Positions 23,091 to 37,499 of a stretch of 64,000 nucleotides of DNA are shown here, piece by piece. The position numbers and the translations under genes are program-made. Under the pieces are notes generated by a model. It was not told the origin of the DNA. It searched no databases and saw nothing but the letters and a program-made list of their open reading frames with translations. The DNA is from Takakia lepidozioides (lineage: Eukaryota > Plantae > Bryophyta), in contig CM060732.1 of the NCBI GenBank assembly GCA_030704615.1, positions 82,398,001-82,462,000 on the forward strand, read 5' to 3'. How positions within the stretch are numbered: position 1 is the first letter of the stretch; each line of letters opens with the position of its first letter.

Positions 23091-26000
23091 ATGGGCTCCG
23101 CTCTATGCAGACAGCATGATGTTTCAAAGCCGTTGCCCAAGGAGAAGAAGAAGGTGTCACATCCCAAGGAGAGGAAGAAGTCGCCGCTGTCTGATCCCAA
23201 CAGAATGGTTAGTGTTCTTTGTCTCTGCCAGTTTGTTTCTTTCTTTTTTGAGTAATGGTTCAAGCTTGATCCACCACGGTCCCCCTTGCGGCCTTGGTTT
23301 GTATGGGATTACTTAACGTCCAGTTCACTTGTGTTTTGACATATTACGTGTTGATGAAATCCTACTTAGAATTGACATGTGATGCATGCATTGTTTCCAT
23401 ACTTAAAGTTTGGTTGAATGAACACTTGGATATCATATTGCTCACAGTTCATGTGAATGTTGGTCTTGTGGGTCTGTGACTGCAATCAGCGAAAGCGTGT
23501 GTCTTCAGTACAGAGCCAGTCTTCACAAACAGACGTGGTGGTGAAGCGGGCTGTCATGTCTGCCCAAAATACCTTTAAGCGGCCAGACCTTGGGCATTTG
23601 GGAGGAGGTGCACCATCAGAAGGCTCTACGTCCACTAGCAGGGAAGCCTCAACGCGGGGTAAATTTAAAAAGAAAGCAAATAAGAGCCCTGCACCCTCTG
23701 CGGAGAAGGACATATCAGCGCCTTTGGGACCGTTAGAGAGAAGGGGGACGTTTGCACAATTTCCCGGTGAAATGACAGAGGATGCCAAGAAACTCAAGGA
23801 AGAGTTTGAGGCTGTCAAGAAGTGCTTTGACTCCATCCCTCCGGCACTTTATGAGCTTCCTAAAATGGACCCTCATGGTAGGCACCGCCTTTGTGCCTCT
23901 ATTCATGTCTATGGATATTTTAAAGTTTCTATCTTTCTCTGTCCCTCTCAATCTCACCCTTGGTCTGTCTCTCTCTCTCACACAAAAATCTCACATATTT
24001 TGGGGTTAATTTTTTGTATCCGATTGATACTGTGGTAAGGACATTACATGAGTAAATCTGGATGGCCAGAATTAACTTCATTTGAGGGGAATGCCCTACC
24101 TTCTGGTCCCTATCTTCTCTCCCACCTTTATCTCCCTCTCTTCTGAGGGCATTGGGGCGATTTAGGGTGGGCTCCCACAATTTAAGTATGTATTTTGGCT
24201 ATGTCTAATGTGCATGGGGCATATGGGCAAAGATCAAGTTCAGTATCTGAGTGCAGTTCGTCTATGTTTCTGTCACTCTTTCAGTCATGGCTCTTTTCCT
24301 ATGTTTACCGTGTGGTTATTGTTGTTTGTCTTGGTCTCTTCATCTGTCTTTTTAATACCCAATCATTCTCATTATCATCATTACAACTCCGAGGTCCCGC
24401 CTCAATATCCAGCAGTGTGTTACTTCTCTTGCCCAACAAATTTTCCTTGAATCAGTAACCCAGGAATCTGAATGTTTTATTTTCTTTTCAGGTGTCTATG
24501 CCAACCACAATCTGAGATTAGACAAGATACATGTTTACGGATTCGATTATGACTACACACTGGCCCATTACACCAAGAACTTGCAGACTCTGATCTATAA
24601 CCTAGCAAAGGAGCACCTTGTGAAGGAGGTGACACTTGTGCAATTTGTGATTTAGTGCGAACTGCAAACACTAAAATAGAAATTGATGATTTGATAGTGT
24701 GCCAACAATTTGGCTACATACTTGAAGAGGATAGCCAACATGTAATACCATATTCGCCACTGTCCAACTTTGATATGGATGAGTAACATGACAAATGTAA
24801 TTATTATTTAATGGATAATGTTGCACAAAGTGGGCATTGAGCTTTGAGAAAAGGAGAATTTTTTTTTTCAGGGGTTGTCCCCACATCTGATTCTAACCAG
24901 AATTATTGGGGTGGATGGTGTCACAAACAGCACAGGTATCCAGAAAGCTGCCTGAAGTTTGAGTATGATGCGACATTTCCTATTCGAGGTCTATATTATG
25001 ACAAGAAAATGGGGTATTTGTTGAAGCTTGATTTCTTCCACTCCGTTCAGCCTGCAGGCTGCTTCTTCGGCCGCCGTAGGGTCAGTGGATTAATCTTTTT
25101 TCGCACTCTCCCTTTGAATTTTTGTATAGACATAATGCACAGTGCTTTGGACGAGTCCAGTGCTTGTCATTTTCTTAGTTGTGTGAGTCACAATGAGAAA
25201 GCTATTGCGGTTTCACATTTTGTACACCTAGTGGAAACAGAGTTTGGAGGGGGATAGTATGTCCAGTTGCTTCGCTCATTTTTTTTGACCTGGCAGATCG
25301 ACGCAGAAGAGTTGGAGGAGGCATACCCAGGGAAGCACGTAAGCGCAGACCACATGACAAATCTGGTTGCCCTTATGGACCTTTTCTGCCTCAGTGAGGT
25401 AAACATGGTGTTTTGAGATGGTTTCAATCCATGCCTGAAAGTAAATCATTTGAGTGTTGGGTGCAATCCTCTATTTTGTGAGAACAGATGCCTTTGGGAC
25501 TTCTATGTAGTTTCAAAGTCCATTTCTATTCACTTATAGGCAGCAGCAGGTATGAGAGGTTTATTAGCATATGACCTTTATTTATAACAACTGATGTCTG
25601 AGGCACTCATAGATGGCTGCCTTTTGGCAGTTTTTGAGAGATATGTACACCATGATTGATTCAGGAAAGATTTAGTTAGTACAACCTATGGTCATCAATT
25701 TGTTGTATCATGAACAGTTGTTGCATGAAGTATAAGAGTGAGCTCATCGTAACCTTTATGCCATTATGTCTTGGTTGGCCGTTGTAGAGAAACCATGATC
25801 TTTCAAACACGAGCTAGGGAATGATGGGATGTTGTAGGTGTGCCTACTATCAGATATCATCCAACACTTTGTAGACCAGAAGATGGACTTCAGTTCTGCA
25901 TATGTTTATGAGGATGTGCAACGCTCAATTGAGCATGTTCACCGCAGCGGCAACATGCACAAACAAATTCTGAGCGAACCTTCAAAATACCTTGTCAGAA

Positions 26001-27350
26001 ATGTGGGTTTGTGATCAATTCAAACATTTCTTCATTTTTTTTTAGCTCTGAACTTGTGGTCTGTCAGTATCGAAGCTCTATGAGCTTTCCGCGGACGTTA
26101 TAAACACCATTTCATTTCATTTCCTATTTGGTGCTGCTTCACTAAATTGCCATCAAATTTGTCAGGGCTATTCAAGGCTATTTAGATGGTAGGGTTGGTC
26201 AACATCTACATAGCTTGGCATATGCGCTCATAGTTGGACATTTGTTTGGACGGATTCAGAATGATATATTCCAGATGTTAAAGATGTTGAAAGACAGAGG
26301 CAAGAGGCTTTTTATTTTGACCAACTCGCCCTTCCCTTTTGTTGATGGTGGTATGCGTTATCTCTTCCAGGTATGTTCAGGTCCCTGGTGCCACTGTCCG
26401 TAACTCTCTTTCTGTACAATGTGAGTGACGGTGGTAGATATCATCAGTGGCATATCACCTACGGTATAGCTTTGATCAATACCATCGTGCCGCCACTGCC
26501 AATAATTATCATTATGCTGGATACCAACTTAGTAGTTGTCACTTTGTCATTGTATATGATGCCAAAGCCGCGCACACCTTCTCATAGCTAATCCACCCCT
26601 TGATAAAACAGTCTCTTGCTGACATCTGTCTTCACAGCAGAAAACCATTTGAAATGTTGCACTTGTATTAGCCTTTGAATCTGGGTTGCCCCAATCTCTC
26701 AAAGATTAATAGCTATGTATGGGGGGTGGCATAGGACAATATAGAGAGCTGGAGAGATCTTTTTGATGTGGTCATTGCGTTGGCAGACAAACCCAACTTT
26801 TACACCTCACAGCGGCCGTTCAGGTTTTGTTGCCCCCCATATGCGTCTTTCATATTTCTGGTTCATGAGGCTTACACCAAGTTCTTCATACCTAGCACCT
26901 GCATGCATAGAAGCACTATTTTGAAACATATGAAAGTTACATCAATACCTTAAAGTTGGGGTTGAAATCACTTAGGCAGTGAATTTCATCTCACCAAACT
27001 TACATATCTAAAGTATCAATTTCAAGCATCATTTGACATGCATACTGAAGACGTTTCTACACACCCACAAGATATATGTATAGACTGTAAGATCCTATTT
27101 TTCCCGGTAATTTGAAGTTGTTCACATACTTAAGGGCCCACCTGCCTTCTTTTGTGAGGTATATGTATATTTTAAAGCCCCAGCATTGTACGCTTTTTTG
27201 TTTGTAGGAAAAAAATGGGTAGATAGGCATTGCCACTATGCAGTGAACATGGGTGATGCATCCCGTGAAGGATTAATGAGTTGGCTCATGGCACCTTATA
27301 TCTGTTCTTTTCTATCTGTTTATAGTGGAGATGTAGAGATGTATCTCTGC

Positions 27351-27389
<39 letters not shown>

Positions 27390-29278
27390 GTATTAGTGAC
27401 TCATAGGCTCTGGACAACCCAATGTTAGGTTCTACAATTCTGGAAAAGACGTATTGGCTTTTAGTAAAGTGGTTGAATTTCAACCTCATGGTGTGTACTA
27501 CCATGGCTGCCTCAAAGAATTTGAACAGATTACCAAATGGAAGGGTTCTGAGGTGGGTTCTTGTGCCACATTGCTATTTACATGTAATATACATTTGAGA
27601 ATAAAAAACTGTTGTCCAAACTAGCTTCTTGGTTTTGCATTTGTAACAAGAGTCTATAAGCATTTGATGTATTGGGGTTTGTGCCTCTCTCTCTCCCCCG
27701 TGGATGTTGTAAAGTTTCTTTCCTACATCCCTTTCTCTCATGGATGCTTAAACATCTCTCTCTTCTGTGTCTGCTATCTCCAATTGATCCTCTGGGGTCT
27801 CCATTCACTTTCTAGCCCTCATTTGCAAAGAAATTCACGTCCTCTGACAGCAGGGTGGTATGTGCAGGTGTTGTATTTTGGTGACCATTTGTACAGTGAT
27901 TTAAGAGGTCCTGCAAAGGCTGGATGGCATACTGCAGCAATTATTCGAGAGCTTGAGGTGGGCCTTGGCTACGCATGCTACCTGAAGCCTAGATGGACCC
28001 AATCTTGGGTCTGGCCTGTTCAAGGCAACCGTTGTTTAAATCAGATAGCCGGCTTCCCCAGCCCATTGTGTATGCATTCGTGTACTTTAATTTGCTAGTA
28101 CACATACATATGTATGTGTATATATGAGGGCTGTAATAGATGCCGTTGTGTGAGGAAGGCCTCAGCTATACAATGGTGGGTTTGATTTTTTTGGCAGAAA
28201 GAGATCTCAACACAAAACGAGCTTGAGTATCGGTTCCAGCAAGTAGGTCTGCCTACCCTTTTGGTCTCTTTGATGTCTGTACCGATCTGATTTTGAACCT
28301 TGGATCATGTATAGTTGCTCGAAAGCATGCACAATACAATACGTGTATTTCTTTTTTCCTTCATGTTCAGGCTATTTGGAAATGTACGTAACCTAAAACC
28401 CTGACTAGTGTTGGTTAGTACCCCAAATGCATCTTTTGTAGGACTTAGGAAGCATATTTGCTGACAAAGAAATCTCACAGGCAAAGTACAATAAGGTAAA
28501 GGAACTCCTTGGAAAGTTCCATGGAATGCCCAGCACAAGAAGCCTGCTAGGAGAAGAGGAAAAAACTCTGCTGATGGCGTTGAGAGCTGAACGCCATGAG
28601 GCACGGAATACAATGAAAGCACTATTCAATTCCAACTTTGGATCTACCTTCCTCACAGATACAGGGAAAGAGTCGGCTTTCGCTTTTATTGTGCAGAGAT
28701 ATGCAGATGTCTATACGAGCCGCCTTGAAAATTTCCAAGCGTTTTCAAGCGATGCATGGCTGTTTACTCCATTTGATGTCAAAATTCTTCCTCACCATCT
28801 CAAGGTTAGGTTTTCTCTACTTTCACATTCAAAAGAGTAACTTGTGGTGCTTGGTTATTACATGTATGCATGTGTACTTTAGAGTCTAATACCCTTGGGG
28901 CTAGGACACTGTAGGCTTCAAAGAAATCTTATGGGGCCACTTCAAGATGCTTATTTTTTCGTCACTTATCATCATTCTTTCAAGTTGAAGGGTTGACCAC
29001 CAAAGTCAGTAGAAAAGTGACGAAAGGTTACCAATTTATCAGATGAGCCTCCTTGCAGCTGTAATATCCATGTATGGCGGACTGTGCAGATATGATACGA
29101 GAGTAGCCAGTGTGCCCTAGTCACCTGTATGTATGTTGGACTTGGCTGTTCAAGTATGCGGGTTGCAGAACTAAGGGCTTGTGCACTGCAGCGATGCTAA
29201 GAATGTGGCACATTTTAATGCACTTTCTTACTATTGCTGTCAATATTGGTGCAGGTGATGCCCTTCAAGACTAGTTAG
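23091..29278 (+). CDS. HAD-superfamily subfamily IG 5'-nucleotidase (NT5DC/cN-II family), 13 exons
   Basis: Exons 23091-23207, 23490-23877, 24492-24628, 24931-25080, 25297-25398, 25838-26002, 26260-26370, 26735-26823, 27429-27552, 27868-27957, 28198-28242, 28481-28804 and 29255-29278, all GT-AG. Motifs GFDYDYTLAHY, LFILTNSPFPFVDGGM, WRDLFDVVI..A.KP, VLYFGDHLYSDL and RYADVYTS. Exon 1 is the least certain. Confidence 0.92.
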
Positions 29279-30168
29279 GGATGAAGAGTTCCAGGGAACC
29301 TACTGGTACTGCATGTACACATTGAAGCTGAGTTGGTGGTCTCTTACCACCTCAAATAGCTGGCCTTGGGGGTTGAGTGGATTCTGGAACAGATTGTAGT
29401 GTTTGCAGTAACGTAGGTGTACAAGTAATTTCTTAATCGGACAGAACAATTACTAGCCAACAAAATGTGGTTCAGCTCAATTTTGTTGCCAATTGTCCGC
29501 ATGAGTAGGGTGATGAATTTGCTCTGCCAAAGTCAGTGTTGAAGAAAAACGCTTTTGCATTGGTTCATGAAGGGGAGTGCAGGTGTGGGTACTCAGGTTA
29601 GGGAATTTTCCAAGTGGAATTAGAAATGCCTCTCCCATTCTATGTGTTGTATTTTCAACATCGTTATCTTCTGGTCCTTGATGTTAGTGGCCCTATTGTT
29701 TTGTTCTTCAGAAATCAAATAGAGTTTTAGCCTCGTTCAGCCTAAAGTGAAAGAATCACAGGGTGGGGGGGAAGGGAAAGAACACTCTTTGTGCACTAGA
29801 ATTTATATGCCATGTGACCTTCCTACAAAATATTTATCGACAAGTGCACCAGGGGTGCATTGCTAACTTCAACTATAAGCTCTGAAACTGCCAACAACAT
29901 GCTATGCTAGCTAGTGACATACTAAGTATGCATTTTCATGCTCGGTGGGATTGATGGAAGGTGTTTGTTTGAGCCTGGGTGAAATATTTGCATTTGGGAA
30001 CGAGACAGAAAGTTCATGGAATACTCTATCGAACTTGTATTGTAGTCTGTCCCATTCATGACTCACAAAACCGGTGCGCACCGTCCCAATGTGTGCGGTG
30101 ACGAGATTGCTGCAGATTGTGACGGTGGGGCAACTTGCCATCTGTTGAAAGAGCCATTCCCTGACAGT

Positions 30169-30833
30169 GCTGGTCCAAACCAGTGTTGGACTGGTATCGT
30201 ATTTTCAACACACCAGGCTGGTATTGGTATATAGGCCTCTAGCCAATTGTGATACCAGGGAGGTACTGGTATTGGCAAAAATCTGAGGTTTGGATACCAT
30301 TGTGGTATCAATAATACATGATTGGTGTGGTGTTTTACGGGTATCAATAGCAATAGTATTTAGAAACTAATACTATAGTATTATCAATACTGGTCTGGTA
30401 TCAAACAAATTCACGATATGGTAATATGGAAAGGCCCACTTCTCATATAAATGTGTACAAAACATGCTTCTCATTGAATTTGAGGCTCCATGGTACAATC
30501 ACATATCACACCCCAAGACCTGATTTCTATTTTGCTTATTGAAAGCTGCATCCATATCGTGCATAGTGCATATTGCGCCCTCGATATTGATACCTAGGTT
30601 TTTTCACAAAAATGGATTTGGTACTGGTATCAAGTACCAGATTTTCAACCACCTACCAGACTGGTAGGGTATCGTCCACAATATTAGGAAGCAGATATCA
30701 GGCCAATATGGGTATATGCTAGGTAGTGGCCTGAGGTGATACCAGACTGGTCTGGTACTTCATACCAATATACATACCAGTATTGATACCAGTTTCCTAT
30801 TGGTATACCAGTCCAACACTGGTCCAAACCATG
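30169..30833. mobile_element. MITE-like element with GGTAT/ATACC subterminal repeats (possibly hAT-derived)
   Basis: Inverted ACCAGTGTTGGACTGGTAT / ATACCAGTCCAACACTGGT near both ends and many TGGTAT/ATACCA units. TSD not resolved. Confidence 0.55.
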
Positions 30834-31007
30834 AAATGACAAGCGTCCGTCCTTATGCAAGCGTATGAAGAAAGTGAGGAAGTCCCTCCGCGACACAACG
30901 ACTGATTTTTGCACATAAATGGTACAGTTAGACAAAACTTGATTAGAAGAAAGTAAAGTTGAAGTTTGTCTGACGCTCAGCAGATTTACAGCGGATTTAC
31001 AAAGCTA

Positions 31008-31383
31008 CCGTACTAACCTAGCCGCGCCTAACGATAAAAATGGAATATTATTAGGCAGATTCGTTTTTATTATTTAGACGCCTCACCTAGGTAATTTCCA
31101 AACATTAGGCATGTATTATAGTCGACCCTAGACAATAATGAACAATTATTTTTGACCTCCCTCAAAACTATTGTTGAGGTAATTTTCTTGTAAAGAAACA
31201 TAATGGTCTTGAAAATAGATATTACCTCAACAATAGTTTTTGAGAGAGCTCACAATTTTCGAGCAATTAGGCACTTCTCAGGATTTTTTTCCAATTTTTA
31301 GGCACATTTTCCAAAAACCTTCTAAATTTATTCAGGCACTTGATTTTGAATTAATTATTGCCTAATAAGCTAGGTCAGTACGG
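31008..31383. mobile_element. MITE, Tc1/mariner superfamily (Tc2/pogo-like CCGTA ends)
   Basis: TA|CCGTACTAACCTAGC ... GCTAGGTCAGTACGG|TA; TA TSD. Confidence 0.85.
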
Positions 31384-31727
31384 TATTGCTCAATGAATGA
31401 CCCCAGCCTGTAAATCGTAGTGCCTACATTTGAGGGTTTCCTGCAGTTATGCAACAATCGCCTGTAGAATAGCTGTAATTACCTCTCACTTCCGTCCAAA
31501 GGATTAGTTAAGTGCGTCAGTGGTAAAGACGTAAAGAGCGTGCTGTTGTCTGAATGTTGACAGACTGCTACTTTCAGTCTATAGGCCTATTTGGCCAGCA
31601 CACACTAGCAGACTAGCACCTTCATGCGTTTCCATCAAACAAATACTGCCCAACCCACTCAAGGAGATGTTTGATAACACACGAGACCTCAGATGATGTC
31701 TCATACGATGTTCACAACCAGAGAAAC

Positions 31728-34700
31728 TACAACAACCCTGGGTTTTGACAGGAATCACTTTGAACAATCCTTTTACAGTTCAGGTCTTGATGGAACCATG
31801 ATCACAAGATCTCCACAGTCCTTTTGTAAAAAAAGTGAACCATAGTCCCTGTCCTACAAAAGCCAGTGACTATTTCTAGATTAACCAACTCTAATATGCA
31901 CAGCATCGGTTATCACATCCGGTCCACCCAGCCACCACGCCGTGCCTATCTCCTGCATCAGTTCTATCATATCATAGTGTCCTCCAGGCCACCGTCCTCA
32001 ATCCTCTTCTCCTCTCTTCGTGTCTGCCAGAACCGCCGCTCTTTCTTCGTGTACAGGTGACCTTCACCACCTATTGACCTCTTTGGCAGGTGATCAGTAC
32101 TCAAAGTTGGTAGTTGTCTCTCCAAACCTTCACGTGACACTGCTCCAGCTTTCCCCCACCTGTCATTCACACCACCCCATGGCCTTTTCCACCCAGAAGT
32201 CATTCAGAGTTGTTATCTAGAGGGCCATAACAAACTCCCCCACTAAAGATTCATCATTGTCCGCAATGATAGTGAAATGGGGAAAATCCAATTGCAGGTC
32301 ACTCTCTTTTTCCCACGTAGCTTCAGATTCTGGATAGTGATACCACTTGACAAAATGTTCACGATATGAACGATTTTGAAGGTGTTTCATTCTTGTCTCC
32401 AGAATAGATTCAAGTTCAGCTAATCACTGAACTTCATTCATAACTTTGGGTAGTTCGAGTAGAATATGACTGGGGTCTGCCACATATTTCCTTAGGAGGC
32501 TGACATGAAAGACGTCATGGATTTTCCAAGTAGCTGGCAGATCTAGCTGGTATGCCACAGATCCATAACACTGTAAGATCACAAAAGGTCCACAAAATTT
32601 TGGGGACAGCTTAGGACACTTGCCCAATTTCAATTGGCTTGAACTTCGTGTCCCTGTCACAAATGATCTCACAAGGTATCCCGTGGATCCGAAAGATTTC
32701 TTTCATGAACAGTGAAGCCATCTCAGGGGCAGTGACTGTCATTTTTGTGGGAATCAAGTGTGTTGTTTTAGACAATCTATCAGCAACCACCATGATGCTA
32801 TTATGTCCATTTCTGGTCCGTGGCAGTGCCACTATAAAATCCATACTTATCGATTCCCAGTTTCCACCGGGAACACTTAGTGGTTGTAATAATCCAGGAG
32901 GACGTATCCTTTCTGATTTTGAGACTTGACATGGGAAGCATCTATCCACATACTCTTTGATCTGTCTCTTCATTCCTGGCCAGAAATATTGTTTTCTAAC
33001 GGCCACATAGGTTCTTTGAAAGCCCGGATGTCCAGCTATTGGAATATTATGACAGTCATAAATGATACGCAATCACAAATCCTGTAAAGAAGGAATGCAC
33101 ATACGCATGTGATAATATAATATCCCATCATGCAACAAGTATGGTCAGTACTTGTCAATCTCAATAGAGGTCCGACGGTCATGCAAGAGGCTTTCATATG
33201 GTGCTTTTGAAAAACACATCATCAACATAATGATTCTTCACATCATCAATCATAGAGCTTTTCACAAGCGACACAGCATTGACCATCGGCCGTCTAGAGA
33301 GTGCATCTGCCAGTACATTCTCTTTTCCCTTCACATACCGCAGATCATAATGAAACTGCTGAAGGAATTCAACCCATCGAATCTGACGACGACTCAAATT
33401 GGGTTGTGTACTGAGATATTTTAAACTCTCATGATCCGTTTCAATTGTAAAGTCCACAAGAAGCAAGTAGTGCCTCCATATCTTCAGTGCGTGAATCATA
33501 GCCAAAAGTTCTTTTTCATGAACATGATAATTCTGTTCAGCTGGACTAAGCTTTCTGGACTCATAGGCAATGACCTGACCACTTTGCATCAATACTGCTC
33601 CAATAGCGAGGTCACTTGCATCAATACTGCTCCAATAGCGAGGTCACTTGCATCAATGCAAAGCACTATCTCATTCTTGGTAGGATCAATTAGCTTCAAG
33701 ATTGGAGCATGAGTCAATGCAAACTTTAGCTTGTCAAAGCTAATATCACAATCTGGAGTCCAAGCTTTATTTCAATATTTAGAAGTAGAGTTCTTTAGTA
33801 GATCAGTCATCGGGGCTGCAATGCGAGAGAATGATTTGACAAACTTTTGCAGAAAGCTAGCACACCCAACAAAGCTTCTGACTTCTGTTTTATCTTTGGG
33901 TTTGGGCCATTCGACCACAGCCTGAATCTTCTTTGAATCAATGGACACTCCATCCTTTGAGATATGAAATCCCAAATAGTCCATATGCTACAAAGAACTC
34001 ACATTACTCTTCTTTGCAAACAGATGATTCTGCCTTAAGATATCCAAGACCATTCTCAAATGTTGTTCATGTTCTTCTTCTGTTTTAGAAAATATCAGGA
34101 TGTCATCCATGAATACAAGAACCATCTTGCCAAGGTATTTTCGAAACAGAGAGTTCATCAAGTGCATGAACGTAGCCGGAGCATTGGTAAGTCCAAATGG
34201 CATCACCGTATATTCATAATGGCCAAAGCGTGATCGGAATCCAGTCTTAGGAATATTTGCATCTTTAATTCATATCTGGTGGTAACCTGATCGCAGATCA
34301 AGTTTGGAAAAGACCTTACTCGCATATAGGTGATCAAAGATATCATCAATGCGTGGAAGTGGATATTTATTCTTGATTGTCATTTTGTTCATCCACCTAT
34401 AGTCCACACATAGTCTTAACCCACCATCTTTTTTCTTTCTGAACATGACTGGAGCGCCCCAAGGGGATTTGCTAGCCCGAATATACCCCTTCTCAAGTAA
34501 GTCACTCAATTGTTTTTCAAGTTCTTCAGTTTTTGCAATTGAGTGCCGATAGGGTGCTCGCACAAATGGTATTGAATCAGCCACCAACTCGATGGCATGA
34601 TCAATATCACGTACAGGAGGCATTAATCCAGGAATTTCCTCGGGAAACATATCCCGATAATCATTCAGAATTGCTTTTGTTCTGACATGTACTCCTGCAC

Positions 34701-36608
34701 TTTTAGTACCTGATCCAGACAGACTTTCATGCACATTCAGGGCAAAAATCTGACCATTTCCCTTACGCGCACACTTTTTCATCTGAACAGCAGACATCAG
34801 AGGAACATTGGGGAGGGCTCGAGTACCTTTTAATTCAAAGGTTTTGCCAGAGGGTAAGGTACCGCTCACCAACCCACGCTTGCAAGCCACCACCGCATCC
34901 ACAATGTCAAGCCATTGCATCCCCAGAATGCAGTCGTAGCAAGCGCCGTTCCAGATTTCAAAATTTGCATTCGTGTGCACCTCTTGCATGACAACTGGCA
35001 CAGCTGAAAGATGTTGTTGTGTGGTCTCCACCCCACCATTTGGTAGCATAATCTGAGATGGCTGCACCTCCTCCTGAGATAATCCCAACTTGTCTGCAAA
35101 GGACTTTGATAGCATGTTGTGGGTGCTGCCAGTGTCAATCAACAACATTGTTGGTTTCCCCGCCACCTGTCCCTGAACTCGAATAACATTGAGGTTGTAG
35201 GCCACTCCACCATCGACAACTGTAGCTGACACTCTCATATTGGGACCCTTTCCAGTGGCCGATCCTAAACAATTTCCGAGGTCTGTAATGGTTACGGGCT
35301 CCACCGGTTCTTCCACTACCAAGGCTGCAGTCTGTCGGAATTGCCGTTCAAGACAATTTGCTGACCGATGGCCGGGCTTATGACAATTGAAACAGAGCCC
35401 CTTCCTAAGATGTTCTTCTTGTTCCCTGGGACTTAGGCGCGGTGGATTTCCAACAGTTGGTTTCTGTCGTCCCTGATTGTCTTTGTTCTTGTAGGGTTTG
35501 AACCTCTTCCAATTTCCCTTCCTTGATGGGGTGATCTTGGGAGAAAATGTCATCGTCTTCTCATTTTCCCCTGCACGAGCCGAGTATGCCACTCATTGTG
35601 CCTTGATTTCACATTCAAAATTGCAAGCCAATCTATAGGCTTCAACCTCAGTGCGGGGATTGTGGGCTTTGACCTTATATTTCAAAGAGTCATTTAGGCC
35701 ATCCACAAAAAAATCCACCCTGTCATCTTCACTGAGAGTTGGAAAATAGCTCGCATGCATTTCGAATTTGGTCTTGAACTCAACCACATTAGAACTTTCA
35801 TGTTTCAGGGTGAAGAGTTCAACCTTCATCTTATGAGCGTAATCTCCAGGGAGATAGTGGGCCAGAAACACTGATCGAAACTTCTCCCAAGTATCAATTG
35901 GGGGTTTGCCATGTTCACGGAGTTCTTTTTTCTGACGAGACCACCACAATTTTGCTGCATCCCGAAGTTGTAGGGTTGCCGTTCTAATTTTTGCTTCTTC
36001 AGGGTAATCCTCTTCAAATAATCCTCAAGTGTTTCTAGGAACGACAAAATCTCTTCAGGCTTGACAGAAGTCTTACCCACAAATTCCAACAGCTTCACCA
36101 TTCGTTTGATCTCGCGAGTTACATCTTTGTTTCTCTTAGCTCTGAACTCCAAGGAGCTAGCGTCAGATTGTGATTCGGCCTGGCTTCGCAATTCGTCATG
36201 TGAAGTCCCTATGGTTCTTTTCGCACTCGATTTCTCTTTTGCAGATTGAAGTTTCTGGACTTCAGATCGAATGAGTGAACCTAGGGCTTCCATCTGTGCA
36301 TTAGAGAAAAGCTCACCCTAGCGATCTTCCTTATGCCGAGAGCTATGAGCATCTGAAGGTTCCATCTCTTCTGAGTTATCGTACGAGCTGTGCCGCACGT
36401 TACTCTCCGATCCTGGCAACGAGAGCTTGCTCATAAATCCAAACGTTCCTTTTTCTGCCCTTATCGTACACAGGCTCTGATACCACTTACAACAACCCTG
36501 GGTTTTGACAGGAATCACTCTGAACAATCCTTTTACAATTCAGGTCTTGATGGAACCATAATCACAAGATCTACACAGTCCTTTTGTAAAAAAAGTGAAC
36601 CATAGTCT
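31728..36608 (-). mobile_element. Chromoviral Ty3/gypsy LTR retrotransposon, degenerate; 5' LTR broken by a rearrangement
   Basis: 3' LTR 31728-32232 follows the PPT (TAGTGGGGGAG). 5' LTR remnant 36488-36608 is nearly identical to 31728-31848. tRNA-iMet PBS TGGTATCAGAGC at 36474-36485. Confidence 0.92.
32250..36430 (-). pseudogene. gag-pol: gag-pol of the Ty3/gypsy element (gag, CCHC, protease, RT, RNase H, internally deleted integrase, chromodomain)
   Basis: [63 protein letters not shown]...CFPCQ, SMDFI, KFCGPF, and the chromodomain-like HFVKWYHYPESEATWE. Multiple stops and frameshifts. Confidence 0.92.
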
Positions 36609-36609
36609 T

Positions 36610-37143
36610 CCCTGGGTCGAGATCATGGCCTCACTCGTATAGTGGAGCACTTTGGCTGCATGGTGGACCTTCTTGGCCGTGCGGGGCAATTGGATGAGGC
36701 TGAGGACTTCATTAATGAAATGCCAGTCCAAGCAAATGTGGTGGTGTGGAAAGCCTTGCTTGGTGCCTGCAAAATGCATGGCAATGTGGAGGATCGACAG
36801 GATGCTACTACTTATGTGATGCTATCAAACATCTATGCTGCAGCTGGCAGGTGGGATGATACTGCAAAGGTGATAAGAATGATGAAGGTCAGAGGTGTTA
36901 GAAAGTAGCCAGGTCGCTGCTGCATTGAGGTTGGCAACAGGGTGCACACCTTTGTCGTAGATGACAAGTTGCATCCCAGAATTAAGGAAATCCATGCTGA
37001 GCTGAGAAGATTGTCTGGGCAGATGGAGGAGGCAGGGTATGTGCCTGACACGCGCTTTGTCTTGCATGATGTGGGGGAGGAGGAAAATGAATTTTCTCTT
37101 TGCCACCACAGTGAGAAGCTGGCCATTGGTTTTGGGCTATGGT
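36610..37143 (+). pseudogene. Inverted 3' half of the PPR gene: S2/E/E+ and truncated DYW domain
   Basis: EHFGCMVDLLGRAGQL, VVWKALLGACKMHG, YVMLSNIYAAAGRW, RK*PG (premature stop), GYVPDTRFVLHDV and CHHSEKLAIGFGL*; ends before the CxxC and DYW motifs. Confidence 0.9.
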
Positions 37144-37499
37144 AGTAGGCGGTATGTGTCTTGTGCTCTTTAAAGGGTCCATTCCATCTTTTGAAAAAAC
37201 TTGGGAGTCCTAACAACTATTTTCATTATAATCTTTGTAAGAATCAGGACAACACTCTGATTTCCATCCACTGTAACCAGCATCAGTCAAAAATCACCCC
37301 TTCAGTCAAGTGCAATTATGGGCTGACTTCCCACCTATGCCGGGTAGACCCCACTATCATTTCCTGTGGATATGCCACAGGAAATGCACTCAACAGTACA
37401 TGATGGCCATCAATCGATGAATTTGGTAGAGGTCTGGCAGTCACCACACACTTGAAGATTCTTGATGAGGGTTCTACCTCTCTAAAGCTTGAAAACAAA

